NCBI GenBank assembly: GCA_013265495.1
Contig: MU058781.1
Span: 11,825,009 to 11,889,008 of the forward strand
DNA length: 64,000 nt
Reading direction: 5' to 3'
Origin: Vicugna vicugna
Lineage: Eukaryota
Within the stretch, counting starts at the first letter, position 1, and each line of letters starts with the position of its first letter. Of this stretch, positions 1-11,429 are shown piece by piece. The notes under the pieces are model-generated. The model was given only the letters and a program-made list of their open reading frames with translations. It ran no database searches and was not told where the DNA came from. The translations under genes and the position numbers were made by a program.

Positions 1-565
1 AAACAACTTTCTTTTGAAGGCTTATTCGATCGCTGGCTTGTTATGCTACAATGTAATGGCTGTGCATGTAATTCTAAAGTTCCCTGGTTGTTGTCTAGCC
101 TCTCTGAGGGCTTACCATTCTAAAGAGGAAAGCACAAACTAGTCGCATTTAAGATTAAGCCAGGAACATGGCCTTCCTTGTATGAGAATGTCCTTCTCAA
201 TTCCAAGGAAAAGAAACGGATGTTATTTCAGCTTTCCTCATGTGATTTAAAAAAAACAAAACACCAAACTTTTATGGTTGTACACAGGAACGTTACCAAG
301 CTCCCTCTTTCCTTTTGGGTTGTGGAAACTTGAGCTATATTTGAGCAAAACGAAAATATCCAAGATCTTATCCTTCGGGATCCATTCCCATGCTGGCATT
401 TGCTATGTCGCCCATGGATGTATCTGTAGTTCTACAGAAAAACGTACCTACTAGTGATGGTTAAAGTCATATTCCTCGGCAGTCACTTGTGCACCAATAT
501 TGTGTAATTAAGAATCTGGGTTTAAGTACTAGCTCTTTGTGACTTACTAGTTGCATGCCTTCTTA

Positions 566-589
566 ACAAAACAAAACAAAACAAAACAA
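566..589 (+). repeat. (AAAAC)n microsatellite within degraded MIR-like sequence
   Basis: acaaaacaaaacaaaacaaaacaa. Confidence 0.8.
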
Positions 590-1789
590 GAAGCTCTCAT
601 TTCCTATTCCCTGTTAGTCAAAGTGAATAAGATTACCTAATGGGGATGAATTTTTACAACTGCAATGATAAGTGTTGGTGGATTTTTTTAAAAGTGTTTT
701 ACGATGAAGTGCTCTGTGATGTAAAAGGTATTATGTAATTGTATGTATATATTAGTATGTGTGTATCCAAGACATGACTAATAAGATGATGGTTATACGA
801 TTGATTGTCAAGGAAATATGCTTGTTTAGCCTGACTATGAATCAGCCACAGATCTTAAACATCTCAGCAGTTGCTGACTATAAGTCTATGTGGGTCATAG
901 AAGTCGTAGGTTTTCTCATCGCCTTTCTTTCTTGAACAGTATTTGTAAAATTACAAGAACCCTTAGCCTAGAGTATCTCAACTATCACACAGTGAACAGA
1001 TACTAAGTGTGTTAACATCTTGAGCCCTCAGGGCAGCCAGGTAGGGCCTGGCAATGTACTGGGGGCCCTAGAAACACCTCTTCTTAATGAGAGGTGCTTT
1101 ATCTGTTTACGACAGTGTGCTGGACAAATAAAACCATGTTCTATGTGTGCATGTCAGGAAGAGGGTTGGGAAGCCCTGGGATACAGCTCAGCCTCATTGG
1201 TGATCATTCGTGCACTCAGGTAGTATACTTCTATGACTTTGACTTTGCATTAGCTCCCTTTCTAGCTTTTCCTATTTTGCTGCTGTAAGTTATTCATGCT
1301 TTTCTTACAGTGTTGTCTTTTCTAAATGTGGGGAGTCCATGAACTGGAAAGTTTCTGGCAATGTCTGTATCTGCTTGGAAGTATCGTTAAAATGACCTTA
1401 GATCTGTGACCTTGAGCTAGACAAGAGGGAAAAGTCAAATCCACCCTAATCTCATTTAGGAAGCTTGGATATTTTTCAGAATAAAATTAAATCTTCAATA
1501 GGTTATTTAATGTAATCAAATAAAACAATCTCAGGGGAATTGCCAAACTGAACCAGCCTTAAGACTAATGTGTCCCTTGGACTCAGTGGACTTGGGTTGT
1601 GAATGGACCCCAGGTGGACAACCAAATCTAGACACTAGAACTTTCACAGTGTCCAGCATCTAATCAAAGATTCTCAGGCAAAGAAGCAAGAGAATGTGAC
1701 CCAAAATCAAGTAATCAAAAGAAATGTGTGTATGTGTTCATATGCACATGTGAGCAAAACAAAACCAACAAAAAAGCAAGCAAATGATA

Positions 1790-2032
1790 ATTCTAATATT
1801 TAGGATCAAGGTATCCTTTGAGGGAGATGCAGCAAGATAGGATAAGGAAGGAACATGGAGGTAAGTATCAGTTACTGGTTGTATTCTGGCCCTTGGGTTG
1901 GATTCTGTTCATTATTTCTTTATTAAAAGAAATAAAGGATCCTGTGACTGGAACGGTGATGATGGTAATCATCAACCAGAAATTATGATTAACCCAGTTC
2001 TATGCACTGGGAGTCCAGTGGGAGAAATAAAA
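1790..2032 (+). mobile_element. Ancient L1 3' end (L1MC5-like)
   Basis: aaccagaaattatgattaacccagttctatgcactgggagtcc...aataaaa resembles the recalled L1MC5 terminus. Confidence 0.5.
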
Positions 2033-2537
2033 CAAGAGGAGTGTAAAAGGACCCAGCATGCATGAAGAGTCTAGGGTAGGAAATGGTATAACTTTCTAGG
2101 AAATAATAAAGCTCAATGTGGCTGACACTTCGAAAATCAACAAGATGTATCTCTCAGAGCAGACTCTCGCTGATTAATCCTACAGAGGGATGTGTTCAAA
2201 CAAGAATGTGCATCTATTAAATCATGGTGTGAAATACAACAGTCATATGGCCTGGAATGTTTAGCCCATTTATAGCAGGAGGGGAGGGGGGGTGAACAAG
2301 GAGTACATAGCAGCACTCGTTAAATGTTAGTTCACATCCTCTTTATAACCGTAAAGTTTTGTGCAAGGCAGTACATCTTAGTGTTTAGTTTTCATATGGA
2401 GAAATTAAATAGAAAGAATGATATTATGAAAAGAACACTTCAAATGAGAGTCCTCGCTTTGCCAATAACTAGCTGAATGATACTGAGCAAATTATTCTCT
2501 TTGGGCTCCGTCTGTAATAACTGGAGTTAGGATGTTG

Positions 2538-2822
2538 GAATTTTCTAAATTGAGTTCCGTAAAACACTAGCATTCCTTGAGAAGTTAATAGGAGCTTAAT
2601 GGAAAAGAATGCTGTAGTCCAACAGGTTGGGGAAGCACTGTATCCCGTATTCCCTCTCCTAGTGGGTCCTAAGCAAAGTAAGCATGTTAAATACTCAAAG
2701 AACTTCTCCAGTGAAAAAAACCCAATGGAGCTTCATATACTGCATTGTTTATGAAACTTATTTGTCTATGAAACACTCTTCTATCACCATCTTTTGAAAC
2801 AGGACTTGAGAAACAAACACTA
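2538..2822 (+). mobile_element. MER103-like hAT-Charlie DNA transposon remnant
   Basis: gttccgtaaaacactag...gttaatagg...aagcactgtat...aaacttatttg resembles the MER103 consensus. Confidence 0.6.
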
Positions 2823-3349
2823 GCCAGGATTTCTCAGGTCCTTTTCAGTTCTAAAACGAAGATTCTTTCTGAAACCTACGCAGTAGAAATGGTACAGCTG
2901 GATTTAAACATAAAGGTGAGACTCAACTGATAATCTTGGTTATCAGTTAAAGCAATGAAATTGCAAAGTATGTATATAAGTGCAGAGGTGGCATGGTTGG
3001 TGTAACAGTTACAACAATGTCATTGGTGTGGAGGGAGCCTCCGTATTCTTCCTGGTTTGATTATTTGTGGAGTTAAAATAAAGAACAACCTGAGAACTTT
3101 TACCAACCAAAATTCTCCTAGGATCTCCCAGGGATTTGTTTCACAAGTTTTGAGTGTCTATAACGTGTCAGGCACTGTTCTAGACGCCAGCAGGATAAAC
3201 GGCCCTAAGGTGTATCAAAATCACTCGGGCCCATAGTGCAGCCTGAGTAAGAGCAACTCAGTCAGTGACCAACAGATGGCAGTAGTAGTCAGTTTTTTTT
3301 TTAAAGCTTCATAGTTGCTGTAGGAATAAATGGAAATACCACTTTTAAA

Positions 3350-3560
3350 CCCAAACTGTAAATCAGGGCTACTCTGTGGTTTTGATGTGTGGCCTTGGAA
3401 CTGTCATTTAACCTGTCTTGGGTGAAGTTTCTCCTTTTTTTATTTTTTGGGTGAAGTTTCTCTATTTGAATAATAGAGGTAATAAAAATTGTCTTGAGGA
3501 TTAAATGAGAAAAAACATTGCAAGTGCTCAGCATGAAGAAAGGAGTCATACATGTTAAGT
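3350..3560 (+). mobile_element. MIR SINE
   Basis: tgtgtggccttggaactgtcatttaacctgtc...tgaggattaaatgaga...aagtgctcagca, MIR core. Confidence 0.75.
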
Positions 3561-4344
3561 TTTTATTCACACATTTCTCATGCCATTTGGCAAAATATCG
3601 ATTTGCCAAAATTGGAATAACATCAGTTAAAAGAGGTATTTCTTCATAGAGCAATAATAATATTAACAAAGGAGATCTAAATAAGTAAAAATATAACAAA
3701 GGGTACAATACAAACTTAAGGTAATCGTTTGAAAGAAAGCCAGAAGTTGGGCAGTTTTTTTAAATTGCTGCTTTTCTCACAGGCCACTTTTAGAGTAGCT
3801 TGGTTGGTAACTCCCTTGTTGTACTAACTCAAAGTAATTGTGAGTTATTTGTAGATCTCCTATTTATCAGAGGGGTAGTTGACTTGCTAATGGGGTTCCT
3901 ACCTAAATAGCCAAGGGAACCCCAGCGCTATCAGAAAGTGAAGAGTTGACTTAAGCTTATTTTTTCTTGGATAAAGGAGACAATTATTTCAAGATCTCCA
4001 GACCTCCGGAGTGACTTAGAATGAGTGACTTAAATTCAGAATTTAAAAGCCTCCGAGTCAGCTTACCTCATTTCTAGAAAAGATGTGGGGAGAACTAGGG
4101 AATAGAAGTTAGGGTTGAGGGGTTTATAGGAGAGGATTTCCATATGCTTCTGAGAACTGCTTAAACAGCAAAGCTTCTCCAAACAGGGACAGCTATTTCT
4201 AGAGATAATCCAGATATGCAAATAGGGGTGTTTATTGAATGAATTCAATTCATATGGAAGTAATTAAGACGCTACAGGACACAGATGATTTCCATACAAT
4301 CTCAAGAGGTCAGTTAAAGAGGCAAACTACTTTGTTTTTTTCAA

Positions 4345-5440
4345 GGTTTTGGCCATCCTAATTTCTTTGAATTTCCATATGAATTTTAGAATCATCTTGT
4401 TAATTTCTACAGAAAATCCTGTTATGATTATTATTGAGATTTCATTAATATCTCAAGTTCTATTTGAGGAGAAGTTAACACTTTAATCACATCTTTCAAT
4501 CTATGGTTATTAATATATTCTCCAATCATTTAGCTCTTTTTTACTTCAGCAATGTTTTGTAGTTTTCATTATACGTGTCGTACATATTTTATTAAATTTA
4601 TCCTTACATACTTTTTTATGCTATCATAAATTATAATTTTAAATTTTTAATTTCAAATTTTTCATTGCTGGTATATGGCATATGGAAATACAATTGATTA
4701 TACATTGACCTTGTGTCCTGCAATCTTGCTAAATTCACTTATTATTTCTAATAGCTTTTTTGGTAGTTTGCTTAAGGTTTCTATGTACAGCCATGTTGTC
4801 TGCAAAATGTTTTCTTCCTTTCTGATCACTATGACTTTGATTTGTTTTGCTTGCCTTATGGGAATGGCTAAGACTTCTAGCATAATATTAAGTACAAGTA
4901 GGAAGAGAAGATATCCTTGTCTTTTTCCTGATTTTAGGGAGAAACCATTTAGTCTTTCACCATTAAGTGTTATTAGGTGTAGGGTTTTTGTAGATGACTT
5001 TTATCAAGTCGAGGAAATTCCCTTTTCTTCTTTCCAGCATATTTGGGGGTTTTATTATGAATGGCTGTTGAATTTTGTCTCATGTTTGTATTTATGTGTG
5101 GGTGTGTGAGTATATCTGTTGAGATAAGTGAGGTGATTGTTTCTTCTTTTCTTTTCAGGAAGGTTTTAACTTCAAATTCAAACTTCTTTAATATATAGAA
5201 CTCTTCAGATTTTTCTGTTTCTTCTTGAGTCGATTTTGGCAATTTTTGTCATTTGTATGTTTCAACTAAATTATCAGATTTATTGGTATTAAGTTGTTCA
5301 TAATATCCTTTTCCTCCCCTTTTAATGTTTGTAAGTGAGGACTCTTCTTTCATGCCTCATATTGCTAAGTTCTATCTTCTGTCTTTTCATCTTGATCAGT
5401 CCACCTAGGATTGTATCAAATTTATTGATTTGCTTTTCAG
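4345..5440 (-). mobile_element. Degenerate L1 ORF2 (reverse transcriptase) fragment
   Basis: Minus-strand ORF 4698-4883 LEVLAIPIRQAKQIK...KKLLEIISEFSKIAGHKVN matches L1 ORF2p RT (LEVLARAIRQEKEIK...KKLLELINEFSKVAGYKIN). Frameshifted elsewhere. Confidence 0.9.
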
Positions 5441-6624
5441 TGCAGCTCCCTGCTTCTTGGCACTCTGCCTCATAAGATACTGCCACCCCTGTCTCTCCAA
5501 ACTTTACATCTCCTTGACCCCATGGGCTCTTTAGGGTTTCCCTCTTTTCACTCACCACCCAGTTATTTCCAAGCAGAAATCTGGGGGCAATCATAGTACT
5601 CACTTTGTTTCCCTTCCTTCAAGGATCACAGTCCTGCTCCATCCGATGTTCAGTGTCTGAAAAGCAGTTGTTCTTATATTTTGTACTATTTTCTAGTTTT
5701 TGAAGGAATGTCCAATCCTTGTTATTCTATCATGATGAAGAGCAGACGTTCCCTCTCTCTAGAGTAAGTTTTCTTTTGCTCCCACACTCTTCTATGTTCC
5801 ATGTTAAGGTCTGTTTGTTTTGGTCTCTGGCTTTCATGACTGAGGCTTTCCTAAAATATCAGTTTTCCTTGGATGTCTATATTAACAGTGAGGCTTAACA
5901 GAGCTGATTTGAAGCTTTACAGAAATGGACAGGGCTTATCAGCTGCTGGGGCTCAATTTAGGACAATGGGTGAGGGGACCTGGCCCTTTCACTGGCAAAT
6001 CGCCATGTATCAGTATCTCACAGGTTTGTCTTTTAAGGATAGTCAGTAATCTAGGAGTGGAATCTGATGTCTGGGATCATAAAGCCTGCTGTTAGACTTC
6101 TGAGAATCAAGCAGAGAAGGTTGTGGAGGTGTAACATTTAGAAGGTAGATTTTCTCTCAATATCCCTCTTTTCCATATGGTATGATGTCTCACTTTTTAC
6201 CTTCTGCTGTTCCACGACTAGGTTCTTTTTGGTTCAGTGTCTCCAAAGAGTAAACCTCCCATCTTAGGCAGCGGTCCAGGGCTGCGTAGCTGACTGGCTG
6301 GATGAGTTAGAGAAGGGAATCTAACTCTTCTTTTAAATTCTTTACCAATCTTCCTGGTTTTTGTTGTTCTCTCATTCTGCACTTCAGCATCCAGAGATTA
6401 TTTGTGCCTCTAGTTCCTGAGATTTTTCTTGGGTTCTGCTATAGAAATTAGCTTGCTTTTTATTTGCTTTCTCCCCTCTGGCTTACAATTTGTCTTTCTC
6501 TGGTCTGTTAAGTCAGTTACCATTCCTCCACTGGCTTTCCCAGTTTCCAAAATGTTAAATTTTCTAGTTTGTTACCATCTCCTGTCTCCTTTGTCCTTGT
6601 GGTTTATGACTTTTATATAAATTA

Positions 6625-6817
6625 AAAAACCTATTTCTTAGAATAGTTTTGGATTTACAGAAAAATTTAATAGAAAGTACAGAGAATTTCTATACACCCC
6701 TCACTCCCCACAGTTTCCCTTACTGTTAATGTCTCTGTTAGTTTGGTGTATTTGCTACAATTGATGAGCCAATATTGACACGATATTATTAACTGAAGTC
6801 CACTGTTTACATTAGGG
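6625..6817 (-). mobile_element. L1MC-like 3' end
   Basis: tagttttggatttacagaaaaatt...attgatgagccaatattgacac...ttattaactgaagtcca. Confidence 0.75.
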
Positions 6818-6959
6818 AATCTATGGACGGTTTTTTCTTCTACTCTTATTGGGAATAAGCAGAGTTACATAAATGCAAGTACTAAATCCTCTATGCTTAA
6901 CAGAAAGTCCCCTGTACAGCATTTTGGCTACTCCTCTGACTTTATTCTCCTTCGTATCC

Positions 6960-7810
6960 CTAATTCTGGAGTTATCTGTGTTCTGCTTCCCTCTCCTTTT
7001 CCATCTCCTAATCACTCTTCAACCCACTACAACTTACCTTCTTCTCCCATTATTCTACTAAATGGATCTCTTTTTGGATCTCTCCAAAAAGCAAAAACAA
7101 GCCAATACTTCCCTTATTGTTAAATTTAAACGCATGTTACTCTTTATCCATTTGACTTTTAAGCAAAACACGACACTGTTAAACCATCTTCCATTTCTTG
7201 AAATACTATTTTTTCCTGTCCTCCCAACTTGACAGCATATCTTCCTGGTTTCCTACTACTTCTCTGTTGGCTGGTCCTTCACTGACTCTGTAGTAGCCAC
7301 TTTTCAAGATGCCTCCAGTGATCCCTGCCTCTTGGGATTCACATCCTTGTGCAGTCACCTCTCTCATTGACCTGGGGTGATTCATTGATCCAGGTGACAG
7401 TAAAATAGAGCAGAAGTGATGATATGTCACTTCCAAGGTAAAGTTATAAAAGGTGTGTCCTGAGGAACTGAGGCTTCAGACAACAACCAATAAGGAACTG
7501 ACACCTGCTCACATCATGGAAAGCCCCAGGAGAGCCTTCAGTTGACCACGGCAGCAGCTGACAGCCTGACCCCAATCTCATAAGACTCTGAGCCAGAACC
7601 TAAGCTGCTCCCAAATTCCTGACCCATGGAATCTTTGATATATTAAATATTTGCTATTTTAAGCTGCAGAGTTTTGGGGTTTGTTTGTTATGCAGCAATA
7701 GATAACTGATAACAGTCTCCTTTGCAGCCCTTCTTTTTCTGATGGCCTGTACTTCTTGAGTTTCTTTCCTCCTCATATTCCATGGTTGCCTTGTCCGATC
7801 TCACTCACTT
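6960..7810 (+). mobile_element. L2 fragment interrupted by an MLT1 LTR
   Basis: gacactgttaaaccat...ttcttgaaatact...tcctggtttcctactac resembles the L2 RT region and resumes after 7714. Confidence 0.6.
7289..7714 (+). mobile_element. Solo MaLR LTR (MLT1F-like)
   Basis: TG...CA termini and typical end ttgttatgcagcaatagataactgataaca. Near-perfect 5-bp TSD gactc/gtctc. Confidence 0.85.
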
Positions 7811-10800
7811 CCCAAGAGGGACTTGTTCTTTAATGTCTGCTCCTCACTCACCACCTCCTACCACATCATCTAATCAGATAAGCTAGGTTTTCCAACTAAA
7901 CATTTGCTCTGACGATGGAAAATTTCAAACATACATAAAAGTGAGAGCAATGAACTCTCATGTACTCCATTATCCAGCTACAATAAAAATCAGTACAAGG
8001 CTATTCTTGGTTCATCTATATCACCATTCAGTCTTCCACCCCACCCCATAAACATCTCCCTCTCCCATGGATTACTTTTTCAAGCAAATTTCCTATAATA
8101 TCATTTGTCAATACTTTAAAGGAATATTGTCTAATAGACATTTACTTCTCACTGTCTTCTAATCACAGATAAACTATTTTTTCCTAGAGGTGTTTGCAAG
8201 CTTAGTATTTCTTTGTGTACTTATCCTGAAAGGCCTATATTAACCCCGTTGAGAAATACACACCTCATTAAGAAGGCCCCCAACCAAGAGTTGCTGAGGG
8301 TGGGAAGTTAGTCTGCAAATCACTGCTTGGTGAGTGGAGATGTCATTGGTTCCCACATACCTGAATATCTTCCAATTTTAAAATCAGTTCTCAGTGTAGT
8401 AGGCAAGATCAAAAATTGATTTGGGTAAATAGTGGAATTTTGTTGTTGTTAGTTTGCTGATTTCTTATTCACTTTTTCTGGTTTTGTTTCCATGGGTTTA
8501 ATCATTGTTTGTATGGTTCTAATGGTAGTATGTTAAACCACTATAGATGAAGTATTTTCAGCAGATTTTTAAATTCATGGAGTATTTTCTCGCCATAATG
8601 CACTACAAAATATACTACAGAGATACAAACATACATCTCAGAACTAAAAATAAAAGTCCATGTATAATTTTCCAAAATGCTTTTGTTACTCAGCAAGTGT
8701 TAAATTGACTACAGTTGTGTTTAACAGTGTAAAAGTTCAGGTGTGGTAGGGATTCTCTGAAAAGCCCGTTTTCTCTTCCTTTCTAATAGGTTTCAGTTTA
8801 TCAGTGCTAGTTACAATGCTTAAACACAGCCACACTTACATATTTACTTAGATGAAGCTACAGGCAATCACATTTATAGTGGCAATCAGTTTCAGGTTGT
8901 GGTTTCAATACTTTCTTAATCAAGATCATAATGGCACAGATAAATTTGAAAGTATGGAAGTGGGACGGCAGGTGCGCTGAGGAAATTTTGCAGCACTGGA
9001 AGGGTGGACAGATTTCAGCCAACAAGCACACAAACTAGAATTTGAAATGCATTCCCTAAGCTGGCCCCCTGGTTGTACTGTGTGGGGGATATTTCTTGCT
9101 TGTTGGGTTTTACAGTGTTACAGTGCTCCTTGGAGTTCTCTGCTTGCTGTTCTGAAATGTACTTCAGTTTTGCACTCAAGAAGTAAATGATTTTCATCTC
9201 CAAAATGATTAAGTCACCTCTGAGCATTGAAATAGGAGATTCATTTGAATCCATGCCCTCAGAGGTGTAGGGCTCATTTGGGGTCCTGCTCCAGTGGGGT
9301 GGGGGTGGGGGAAACCATTCTTTATTGAAACCCGAGCTGCCTTGAAAACATGTCAAGGAGCACTGATTACAGGCATGCTGTACACCCTGTCCTTTATTCT
9401 TCCCATCACTCCAGGCCAGGAGGAAAAAAGTTTTGTCTTTATTTTCACGAGTTACCACGTGGTGTGGAATCCTCAGGGCTATTTCTGAAACTTCACTGGT
9501 AAGTGCCAGAAAAATCCTCTTTAACATACACAGTTGAATGAAAGATAGTTCTAGTCCTGCCCTTAAACTGCCTCCAGTTTAGTTGGGCAGACAACCCCAA
9601 ACTCAGGGAACAATGCAACAGTTAGACAGTAAAACCAGTCAAATGCACAAGTAATGAAACGAAGCACTGTATAGTTGGTTTTAGAAAATAATGTTTCAGG
9701 CAGTGTATTCTAGTAGTTTGGAACAGAGGGATCACAGTGATCTGAAAAATCCTGGAAGATCTTCACAAGAAGGTACACACTGGGCTGGAACTGAAAACAT
9801 AGATAAGAATCCGATAACCTTAAAAGGAAGGGAAAAGCAAATAATAAATAGTTTTGGAGAGTCAGGTGGGGAGTGGGGAGTGAGAGAGGTTAGAAGGGTA
9901 AATGCCTTCCTTGGTAATGCCAGGCGGAGAGGCTGAAGATGATTTCTGGGGGTCCCAGGTCGACAGCAGTGTTTAAAACTAGACTATCAATGCGTGGGAT
10001 TCCCTTTCCTTTCTATCTCCCCTTCCCTCTGTCCTTAAAACCAGAACCTGATTAGACAGGCATTCCCAGCCGCCAGGCAGTAAGGCAGCAACTGAGACGC
10101 CCCCAAGGCTTCTGGCCCTGACGTCGTCCCTGTGGGGGCGGGGCCCGGGGGAAGTCGGAGGGAGTTGGGCCAGGTGAGATCAGACCTATCAGCAGGCTTC
10201 TTCTGGCTTCTGCGAAACGCTCAGCTGTCTGAATTTGCTCTGGGGTTAAAGTGGGTTCCTCTGGAAGTGAAAGGCATTTTCCAGGCGCTCTCCCACTTCG
10301 AATGTCTGAGACGGCAAACGGTGGCGGCGGAGCGCCCGCTGAGCACACACACAAGTGTTTTCTCACCATCTGGTTAGTACTTACAGGTTTCGTCTAGCTC
10401 CTGCGCCCCAGAAATGGAAAATTAATAACGTCGAAGGAAACGCCAACCTGTCACAGGGAGGGCTGAAAAAGGAAAGGGCATAGAGGGCTCCCAGTACGGC
10501 CTGGTTTCCGTGCAGATGGGTCTGCGAAATCTGCGCGGGTCTGCAGCCTCCGCTCTCCTGGCGCCCTCGGCCCCGCCGGGAGGTGGGGACAGGGCATCGG
10601 GCAGCCGAGGCCCAGCCGGCTGTCCTCCCCGGCAGCCAGCAGATGGCTCCCGGGCTCTCTCGCCCCCTCTCCAGAAGCAGGGCTTCGGCGGTTCGGGAGG
10701 GAGGCTGAGAGGAGGGGCGCCGTGCCCGCCGCCGCAGCCCAGCGCCGCGTGCCTCCCGGCCGTGCGCCCCGTGCCGGGGAACGTGCGCCCGGGCGCGGGA

Positions 10801-10841
10801 GGCCGGCCTGGGACGCGTGCGGAGGCCGGGTCTCGCGAGGT

Positions 10842-10886
10842 GAGGAGGAAACGCAGGAGGAGGAGGAAAACGAGGAGGAGGAGGAG
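10842..10886 (+). repeat. Interrupted (GAG)n purine tract in promoter/5'UTR
   Basis: gaggaggaaacgcaggaggaggaggaaaacgaggaggaggaggag. Confidence 0.8.
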
Positions 10887-11061
10887 CGCCGGAGCTGCCC
10901 CCGCCCCGCCGGAGCCCGGCAGGAGCGCGAGGAAAGCCCGGTCGCCCGCCCCGCTCTCCCCGCCTCTCCGCACGCCTTCCGCTTTCACCTAGGGCCGTAG
11001 GTGCGGCGCCGGGGCCGGGCGGGAGCTGGCAGTGGCCGGAGCGACGCCGCTGAGAGCCGGG

Positions 11062-11093
11062 AGCCGCAGCCACAGCCACAGCCACAGCCGCAG
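11062..11093 (+). repeat. (AGCCRC)n hexamer repeat in 5'UTR
   Basis: agccgc agccac agccac agccac agccgc ag. Confidence 0.85.
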
Positions 11094-11389
11094 CTGCTCC
11101 CAGTCCCGCAGGGTCTCCGTTCCGCCGCCGGGAACTGCAAGGAGGCGTCATGTAGCAGCAGCCGCAGACCCATCTCGGATTTGCAACTCTTTCCTTTTTT
11201 TTTTTTTAATTTTCTTCTTTTTTTGGTGGGGCGGGGGGGCCCGGCAAAATTCCATCTCCGCCCCCGCTTTCTTGCCTACTCCCATTTGCAAACTGCATCT
11301 GCCTCGTAAGAAATTGAGGGGTTCGGGGGAGGGCGGGGGCCGTAAATCAGAGTTGGATCCGCAGCACCCCCCGCACCTAGAGGGCCACC

Positions 11390-11429
11390 ATGACCGAGGA
11401 GAGCTCCGAGGTGCCCAGGGAGTTGATAG
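11390..11429 (+). CDS. CARMIL1: CARMIL1 (LRRC16A) coding exon 1: MTEESSEVPRELI plus first base of codon 14
   Basis: Kozak GCCACC-ATG at 11390 inside the CpG island. Translation matches the recalled mammalian CARMIL1 N-terminus (MTEESSDVPRELI). Ends at donor ATAG|GTAAGA (intron from 11430, phase 1). Confidence 0.96.

Noticed and set aside
4061..4095. Strong minus-strand donor GAG|GTAAGC with an acceptor 7 nt upstream
   Set aside because: Isolated motif with no supportable exon or transcript.
4675..5242. ORFs over the L1 reverse transcriptase region
   Set aside because: Fragmented, frameshifted fossil; not an active element.
8186..8740. Possible old DNA transposon sequence
   Set aside because: Could not assign termini or family with confidence.
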